The position numbers and the translations under genes were made by a program. The notes beneath the pieces were generated by a model. That model worked only from the letters and a program-made list of their open reading frames with translations, did not search any database and had not been told where the DNA came from. A stretch of DNA of 62,766 nt, filler included, from Collodictyon triciliatum (Eukaryota): the NCBI GenBank assembly GCA_043381765.1. It is 7 parts of 7 records of this genome, joined end to end, with 100 filler letters (N's around TTAATTAATTAA, not from the genome) between each part and the next. Parts side by side here need not be neighbours in the genome. Positions count along the whole stretch, not along the records: positions 50,089 to 60,256 come from JBHJMP010002770.1; positions 60,357 to 62,766 come from JBHJMP010002798.1; 5 more parts are not named here. One strand, given 5' to 3'. This document shows, in pieces, positions 53,788 to 62,766 of this stretch (position 1 is its first letter; each line of letters starts with the position of its first letter).

Positions 53788-56700
53788 CCCTGGACGATTG
53801 GCGGTTCCGATGTCTCTATTCGGCTCATTTGCCCCAGGTATGACGATTGTGCGGACTCGATTGAAATCAACTCCGTCCAAAAAGCGGGGTGTCCGGAACT
53901 TATTTTTTGTCAGGAATCTGAATCATGATTGTAGCGTGCAAGTAAACTTTGTGATTCACAATTTAATTTTTATTTAAAACATGTACAGCGCAGTTGAGAA
54001 AAAATGTATATCAAAATATTTATTACTCTTGATATGCTTTGGTTGAATATGTCTCTGATAACGTATCGAGGACCTCCTTTCTGGCGGAGGACTTCCTAAA
54101 GGGATAAATTATTTATTTATTTACTTATTTCAAAGGAAAGGGTGCAGTTATTTAGCACCGAAATTATGTCTACTCATTCAACAAGAGGTGTGGTCCATAA
54201 CAACTTTTATTTATTTATTTATTTATTTTTACTATTTACTGATGAACGAGAAATTGTATCTAAAAGGGAGAGGTATACTAATGTACGAAAATATTTGGAT
54301 GTGGAGTGAAATTACTCTCTCAAACGAGGAGCACCATATTTTGAAAGGGATTCCCATTCTTCGGGGTCTGTGTACCATTTCGAGCCGTACTGTATGTCAC
54401 CAAAGTTGTATGGAAATGTTTGATAAGTTGTTTGATCTCTTCTATTATTTTATCATAGAAAGTGGATTCAAGTAGATGAAAATAGATGAATATTAACATG
54501 GACATGATTGTAGCTAAGGACCCATTTTATTGTAACTGAGTAAATATGATGATGTATTATGTGCTTCGTTGCCAGAGACCATTAAAAACAAACATCGTCA
54601 AGAAAAAGTAATAATGGTATAGGAATATACCCTTAGCCTTAAACTCTCATCCATACGATTTGGTCTGGAAGGCAGGGCTACTGACTCATGAGGGCTTCTT
54701 TGTGTCTTTATTTTACTGTCATGTTTTCTTTTCTGCTCAAGAAGATTTTGATATGTCCCTCGTCTTGAAAAGTGATTATTTACGGTGATTTCTGCGTTAA
54801 TTAAGCATGTCACTCAAAGTGCAGTAAGGGTTGTCGACTTCAGAATAAGATTCATCAAGTAAAGAGAGTAAAAGAAGTAGCTGTAAGATAAAAATTCATA
54901 ACATAAAAGATGGAATTACCTTTGTGAACTTTGATCAGCCCATTCTGGATTTCTGAAGATACATTGCTTGTTTCATGGATTGAAACCGTCTAGAAAATTT
55001 TAAGTAGTCTTAAAAAGAAAAGTGCAAAAAATAAGCAAAATAAGATGGTTTTTCTTGTTAAATTTTTTTTGAATTATAGAAAGATAGAGGCTCGAACAGA
55101 AAAAAAATCATACAGCAAATCCTGCTTCTCTAGCACATTTTTCCTCTACAATTTTTATATTCAGCGTTATTCGGGTGGCAGAATTTAACTGGAAATTTAT
55201 TATGAACCATATTTTTTTTTCCTTATTATGAACCATATATTAGTACTCACTTCCTTCATCCGTGATTTCCCAAATCCAGTTTTCATCCAAATCATCTTGA
55301 AATTCTCGAGCGACTGAAGAAAAAAAAAATCAAAAATGCGGACATTAAATGTAATGCTTTGTTTTGTTTTGTTTTTGTTTTTGTTTTTTTTTTGAAATAT
55401 GTGATTTGTTTTTAGACTACATTGTAATATTGGTAACTATTAATCACTATAGCGTCCATTTACCCTAAATTTGTTATTTACCCGACACAATTCTAGTATT
55501 ATAAGTTCAAAGAGCCTTGTCAATAAGGGAAGAAAAAAATACTTGATAAAACTTCTTGAACGTCTTTATGTTTTTGGGTGTCAATGGGGTCTTCTGGCAC
55601 ACTCGTACTCTTGTGTTGGACCGTTCCTCTCTAATGTCCATGATTATCAAAATCGTCAAGATATGTGATTAATCATTTACCCCCGTTTTATTTATTCGAT
55701 TCAAGGGATTAATCATTTAAATTAATTATCACACACAAGTAAAATATCACATTACATATGGGAATATAGATGAGTTTGGTTGAGGAGGCTTCCGGAGAGC
55801 TATAAACGAGGTAACTTGGTTAGCTTTTCTTTTTCACAGAGAAATTTTTCATAGCTTTATCAAAACATACAAACATTGTGTCGGCTCATAGTGTTACCTA
55901 TTTTCATTTTAATTGGTGGCAAAGTAGAATCGTCTGACTTTAATGGGGACGTTTTGTGAGTTTTTGGTATTCTAAATGAGGTTGGCTTTTTATGTAGTCC
56001 AGGGATAAATCTAGAACCCCGGCTAATTTTGGGGAGTTTTTTGCTATCTACAAATGTATTCATGTTAATTGCTAAAAGCGTGACACGTCTAACTATTCAT
56101 GGAGCAATGAATAGACAAGAAATAGACAAGAATAAAATCATCGACATAAAGACCCGACCCTTATAAATTTTGAATATACCTGTAGAAAGAGGGATATACA
56201 ATTGACTTTGCTCGATGACATTATCCTCCTCGTCTGAAAAGGTTTCATATCCAGAGTCTGAGCTTTCATCGCAGTGAGCTGCATAATCATTTAGCTCATT
56301 TTTTGTGACGCTAATGGAGCGGCGATTGTCCAATTTAGTATGCGTGCTTTTTAATATTTGTCATTATTTTATTATCACTAATATTAGTATCAGTGTTACT
56401 AATATATTATAAACATGATTATTTATCATCAAGCCTTAACCAGATATAAATAATGTATAAGCGTTATAAAGGTTGGTGAAAGTACCGCGTGCTAAGCGGT
56501 CCCGTTTCTTTGCGTGGGTATTTTGGGGGAATCGGTTTCATTTGTATTGGTGGTGCATTTTCTGTCGAATAGGATTCCTTTGATCTGGCCATTACTCGCA
56601 TATGCCTTGATTGACCAGAATTTTGTGCAGAAAGTGGATCAAGATCCACCTTAGGAGAAGGGGGCTATATAAAACTATTAGTGCCATGAAGGATTTTCAT

Positions 56701-57560
56701 CCTTTCATTGTCATATGCCCTCACGATTAAGGCCATTAACATCGTAGTGCCAGATAAGAAAATGGAACACTTTGAATTGAAAGAATTACTTTAGGATTGC
56801 GAGCTAATTGGTTGATTTGAGCTATATCCATGTGTTGCACAGAAAGGACTTTTCTGATGAGTGACCTTTCTACTTCATCCAAGGAGTCACATCCATACTA
56901 TAATCATGGAAAATAATGCTTATAGAGACATTCAAGAGCTTTAAAATAGAACTATTGTATATCATAATGAAGCTAGTACGAACCAAGCTTATATCAACAT
57001 CGGTTGCACCATATGGGTGGGTATCTACATCGGTAACAAACGCTGTGTTTTGGTTCTCAGTGACAGACAAACTCATATCATTTTTATTCTACATATATAA
57101 TAAGGTTGAGGTAAATGCTACCGGGGACGACATTATGTTTATTTCAATGATTTTGGGTACAATATACATATTTAAATGTAAATAAAAGTAAGCCTAATTT
57201 ATGATGTTTGTGATTACTTTATTATTCACATATATGCATCAACTTGAATATTATGAGTATTGATTTAGAATTGAACAAAAGAACATCTTGACTACAGAGT
57301 AAATATCACTGGATGCAAATGAATACCTTTGACTGCATCTCGCTGAGCGGCGCCTCCAGTATCATGTCAGCTTTCCGCTCTTTATGTAATCTTCTCATTT
57401 CTGTTAGGATAGGATCGTGGCCACCAAACTGATCCGTCTGGGCAGCCTCAGCTCCTAGCTTCTCTATTGGAAGGCTTTCGGTCGTCCCCTCCTTGACGAA
57501 TTGCCACGTTTGTGTGGAGAGGCTACCACTCAGTCGCGCAGAAGGTACCATCGGTCGCAT
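53788..57560 (-). CDS. Multi-exon hypothetical hydrophilic protein (3' end unresolved)
   Basis: Chain of - strand exons bounded by AG/GT, starting MRPMVPSARL; no recognisable domain. Confidence 0.55.
55680..55706 (-). mobile_element. LINE family-B 3' tip (diverged)
   Basis: TTTATTCGATTCAA core; perfect 13-bp TSD 55667-55679/55707-55719. Confidence 0.75.
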
Positions 57561-57604
57561 CCTTTACTCGGAGTATTTTTTTATTTTATTTTTTACTCGT
57601 CAAA

Positions 57605-57663
<59 letters not shown>

Positions 57664-58703
57664 GTAAATAAATAAATAAATTTGTTAAATGCAAAGGATG
57701 TTTGAGGCGGCCCACTTCTGCCAACCGGGGAGGGTATGTTGTGTAGATCGCTCACTGCTAGAGACGAAGGCTTTTAGCGGTTGGTGTGTAAAACCACGAT
57801 TGCAGCAGATCTGAACAAACCCTTGTCCTAAATGAAGAAATGAGGATAAAAAGGATATATTGAAGAGAAACATTAAAGAATTAAAGGATAAAGAAATAAA
57901 GATAGTTCAGAAAAATGGATGGAGAGAATAGGAAGCCTTTTTTTTTTCGCTTCCTATGTACGAAGGAGGCTTGGCAACATGGGTAGAGCAATGCTATTGC
58001 CCAGCTCCCGTCCAAAAGATCGACCGTTTGCCTCGCATTCCGCATTTGTACGACCAGTCTTGCTAGTGACACCCCCAAAGATGAAAGGGAAACATGTATC
58101 AGGGCGCTTGCCTGCTTGGTTGTCTTTGTTGCTGCTGATAGGGTCGTGGATATAAGGGGTTGATGATATCAGCTAGCGAATCTTTGATGGTGATGAAAAA
58201 GCAGCTCATCGGCTCGTGTCTCGATCAAGAACATCCTCCCTAGGTTATGAAACGCTATAGATACTGTATTTCTTTTCCTTTCCTCTTCTTTTCTTTTCTT
58301 TTCTTTTCTTTTCTTTTCTTTTCTTTTCTTTTCTTTTCTTTTCTTTTCTTTTCTTTTCTTTTCTTTTCTTTTCTTTTCTTTTCTTATCTCGGGCGCATTC
58401 CTGCCCGTCTTTACCGCCCTCTCGACCACATTTTTTCACATCACTAGCCTATTCATCCTAGATTCCTGCCTCCCAGGCACAGCAGCGAGAAATGAAGACC
58501 CAGGAGATGAGTCCTTGAGAAAAGAAATGAAAAAAGGGAGAAGAAACAAATGAAAAAAAAAAAACACTTCACGCACTGATAACTCTTTTTTTTTTTTTTT
58601 CTTTTTTTACTAATAACTTTGTTTTATTCTCCCTGCTTCGATGCCTCAACAAAAGAGCCCCAAAGACTGTGTGTGAAAGAAACGAGACTGCACAAGGAGG
58701 ACG

Positions 58704-60029
58704 ATGTCGCTTGCTACTCTATTCCTGTGGGTTCTCTGCTGCTTCCTGCTTTTCGGCGCTGGCGTCGATGTTGAGGCTGCTCGGTTTAGACTCAACCAAC
58801 AAGAAAAGAAATGCCTTGCAGAGGATATCGGGTCGGGTCAAGAGATGGTGCTTGTGTTTAGCGCAAAGCGGCCAGAGGGAGTGGATCTTGTGATAACAGT
58901 AAGCATAACCTTGGCTTCATTAATGTACGGCCTTATTGTGTCTTTTTACTGTCTATTGAAACTTTTTTTCCCTTTATTCGATTCAAAGTACTGTCTCTTG
59001 AAACATATTCATATTTTCGGTTTTCCTTTTAATGCCGAGGTAAGCTGCATAGCCCTACAAAAAGCATCTTATTCAAGAAATCCAATCCTACCGAGGGGAC
59101 ATATGAATTCACAACAACTGAATTAGGGCTCTATAGCATTTGTGCAGAGAGTGTTGCTTCTCAAAACAGTTTGCAGTCTTCATCCATCGTATTATAATAT
59201 ATTATAATTGCTTTTTGGTTGGCTCGTCGATAGTCATTATAATCCTAGAAAAAAACTGTACCAATCAATACTTGCATTAAAATATTATTTCTATTGATTT
59301 AATAATCGTGCATATAGACTATTTTATTGTCATTTGTGTACGCGCGTTTTTTTATGTTGTTTTTACCGTCCCTCTACTGCAAAATCGAATTTATTTTTAC
59401 GAATATGCGCGAATGCATATTTATATATAGGAAAGGCTCCCGAAGCAGAGGATGTTAAAGTTATGGTATCGCTCGTATCATCCTCACTGCACAATCCCTT
59501 GGAAAAAGTTCCAAATGAATGGGCTATGGAAACTATTGAGGTTGTCTGCTATTTGATTATTTCTGATTTTGCACCCACCTTTAGAGGGCACCTAACTGCA
59601 TGCTATTTTTCTTTATCAATGTATTCAAGAAAGATGTATTTTACCGATATGTCGTATAATATAACCCCAAGCTATAAAGGCTGGACTCTTTTCTTTTCTT
59701 TAATGTGTTCATTTCGCTGTAGAGGGATATTTCTATAATGGAAAGTATGCTATATGAAATTGATGAAAATCTTAAAGAATTGAAGGAGAGCCAAGCAGAA
59801 GACTTTGACTATTCAGGTTTTCATTCTATATCAAGATATTGTGTATTCTTGTATAGGTGGTGTTTCTGGTAATACATCTCCCATCACAAATTTCACTGTA
59901 TCATATGTAGAACATCTCAATTCCAAGCCTGTTTGGATGGGTGCCATCAGTGCTATTTTCATTCTACTTATCGGTGCCTATCAAGCATATCACACGAGGT
60001 CTATTCTGCAAAAACATAAAGCCATATAA
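58704..60029 (+). CDS. p24/emp24 GOLD-domain cargo receptor (delta/TMED10-like), 5 exons
   Basis: Signal peptide, RFRLNQQEKKCLAEDI, YEFTTTELGLYSIC, coiled coil, TM ending GAYQAYH, KxKxx tail KHKAI. Confidence 0.85.
58963..58988 (-). mobile_element. LINE family-B 3' tip in p24 intron 1
   Basis: 16-bp TSD 58947-58962/58989-59004 (1 mismatch). Confidence 0.85.
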
Positions 60030-60356
60030 TAAAACGATATAACTGCAAACTAGAGCTTCTTGCGCTTCACCATTCTTTCTATAATGTAATGTTTCCTCTT
60101 TTCCTCCTTTTTTCCTCCCTTCCTTTCTTCTACGTTATAATGGTCTCTTCTTTCTTTTCTTTTTTTCTTTTCTTTTTTTCTTTTCTTTTTTTCTTTTCTT
60201 TTTTTCTTTTCTTTTTTTCTTTTTTTCTTTTCTTTTTTTCTTTTTTTCTTTTCTTTNNNNNNNNNNNNNNNNNNNNNNNNNNNNNNNNNNNNNNNNNNNN
60301 TTAATTAATTAANNNNNNNNNNNNNNNNNNNNNNNNNNNNNNNNNNNNNNNNNNNN

Positions 60357-60449
<93 letters not shown>

Positions 60450-60570
60450 TTGTCTAGAACCACACAACATAAATTTGTTTTCATTCAAAGGACTTATCGA
60501 TTTATTTCTTTACACAATCTTTTTCAGAGGTAGATTTGACCCACACAATGCACAGCCCGCTTAATCCAAG

Positions 60571-62305
60571 CCAATTGTCAAACTCGTCGCCATGCAGCGT
60601 GGTATGCTTTATCTTGTTTCTATATGTATATGTTTGTATCATTATTATTCCTTGGAGAGGCCATTTCTCTGTTGTTTATTTGCAGGCAAGGATGTGTGGA
60701 AGCCCTCTGTGTGCTTTAGATATATCAATGCAGTAGCCCATGCTACCATTTTATTAGAGTATTTTCATATCGTTGCGGTGATGCTATTGTCTTTCATGAG
60801 GCTGATACTCGTCACTTTCCGTTGATTTTATTCAGATCCTCGCAAAGAATGGAGGCTCTATATTATATCGCCCTCTGTCTCTAATATAATCTGACTTTGA
60901 CACAAAGATTTCTAAATCATTGTAGGTCAGTACTCACATATCTGATATTGGCACTCATGCTACCTTTGGACAAGAAGCTCATAAAGTAAATATGACTTTT
61001 CATATCCTTATTTGTTTTTTGTCGGAGCCTCTTTTTTCTTCTTCTAATACCACTATATTTTTCCTTCTCAAACCATTTACTAATAATGCAAGATATTGTC
61101 TTTCTGAGATAATCAATTTCATGACTTTGTGGAATTTTATCCTTTTCTCTCTCTCTCTTTTTTTCAATACTCATGGAGTAATTCGATTGACTTGCATTCT
61201 GATGTGTTTTAGAGTCACATTCCTCGAACATCCCAGCATTCAGTATCATTTGAAACCATCAGCAAAATGATTTCTGATTGCTCCGATGATAAAGATTGTG
61301 AATCTAAGGTTGCGAATTGTAAGTCATATTTCGGTTAGACTGTGCACATTTTTTATATCAATTATGTGATTATCCCCATGTTTTTCCTCTATGAAATTTT
61401 AAGGAAGAAATGAAAGAGGGAAATGACAAAGAAAACAGACAAATAAAAGTTATCTATTGATTCGAAGCTCCTTTGTATCTTTTATTTGGCTATCTCATTT
61501 TAATATGTCCACAACGAAGATATCCGCGCTCTTAATGGCGAGCAAGTAAGTGGTTTACTTCAATCCATCGAGGAAACGGTTTACTTGTTGTGGGTCAAGG
61601 AAGGTTTGCTTCTATAATGCAAATGTTTTTTTTTTTGTTTTATACTGGAAGAATTCATTGTTGTAATTATTGCCGTCAGTCAATATCAATATTCGGCCAT
61701 TTAAATCGGGTTGGATTAAAAAAAAAAAAAAGAGAATATGATTACTGTGAACAAAATGGTTATATTTGCTGGGTGTCTCAGCTGTTTTACAAAGGATGTT
61801 TACTTTCATTCTTGTAACTTTGTTTACAAAACTAGCGCAAGAAACAGACCGAGCAAAAAGGCTACGGATCTTAGAGTTTGATGAAAGTAACCATGGAAGG
61901 ATTACTCAGGTTTATTTTGCTTCACAATATCACCACCTGCGGAAATCACTCCATCTTGTGTTGTCATATTGTACACCTATCGCTTAGATTCACCATCATT
62001 TTTTGAATAAACAATTAAACTATCAGACAGAAAAAGTATTTGGGTATGTTGAAATGATTTGTGATGCCAATGCATGATTATCATTACTCATACTATATCG
62101 CAAATAGAGAACGGACTCTACCAAGCGAAACCTGGAAATGGATTACGACGAACTCTCTGGAATAACAAACTCTCCTGCAATAGCTTCAGCTCCCCAGAAG
62201 AATGAAAACTACTCGCCCCAAGCAGATTTCAATGAAAATTCAACCTCTCTTGCCACAACAACTTGTCAGAAACGACCAAGACCAATATCAAGTCGAGACG
62301 ACTGA
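60571..62305 (+). CDS. 3' part of a multi-exon hypothetical protein
   Basis: Several AG/GT-bounded coding-like exons ending ..QKRPRPISSRDD*; no domain recognised. Confidence 0.45.
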
Positions 62306-62766
62306 GAACCACGAAAGTACGTGTCTACACGAATCATTTGCCGTTTGTGTCGCTACATTTCTCCATGACCCCATTCTTTCATCCATGTATTGAGACGAAT
62401 CCTTGTGTGTTCCCAGGAATACACCTTCATTTCGTGATTTATTTTCTTTCGTTGTTTTTTCTTCTTCCTCTTCTTCTTTTCCCTTCCCTTTCGTTTTTCC
62501 CATCGTTTTTCTCAATTTCTTTTTTATCTTATTACCTCTCTGATATGTTAGTCTAAGAAGAAAATAGTTCTACAAAAGGATTGATATTCAACTTGTCAAG
62601 TTAATAATTCAAGCCATCGTTGCTCGATTATATTTAGACAAAACTCTCTTACCACTCACCAAGCTCCTCAAAAAAAAAAAAAAAAAAAAAAACAAAAACC
62701 CGACGGATGTGAAATCCCCCCACTCTCCACCCACCAACCCCCCCCCATATAACCCTCTCTCCCCCC

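Overview
AT-rich, intron-dense, microsatellite-rich eukaryotic DNA in the standard genetic code, most likely from a heterotrophic protist. The window is not contiguous. Six identical 100-bp linkers (N44-TTAATTAATTAA-N44) join about seven scaffolds of roughly 10 kb, so adjacency across linkers is meaningless. Hand-spliced genes, in order: aquaporin (partial), two-repeat Myb factor, PHPT1, glyoxalase I, CTL/PNS1 transporter (partial), LRR-SAM-like-SH3 protein, an aspartate-degenerate polyprenyl synthase subunit, a large DUF4062-NACHT-TPR-pentapeptide-WD40 NLR-like protein, CCDC6-like protein, UMP synthase, an intronless secreted LPMO-like histidine-brace protein, a Cys-rich multi-pass receptor, a pseudo-cyclase/TKL kinase, a divergent calreticulin, a p24 protein and several hypothetical genes. 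Two L1/Tx1-type LINE families are also present. Three results stand out: (1) the chimeric NLR-like gene with one-exon-per-TPR cassettes and near-identical WD40 repeats that vary at sensor positions; (2) a dense population of ultra-short (10-60 bp) LINE 3'-tip insertions with 11-18 bp target-site duplications, one nested in another and one duplicating a splice donor; (3) the LPMO-like gene. All splicing and homology calls were made by eye.
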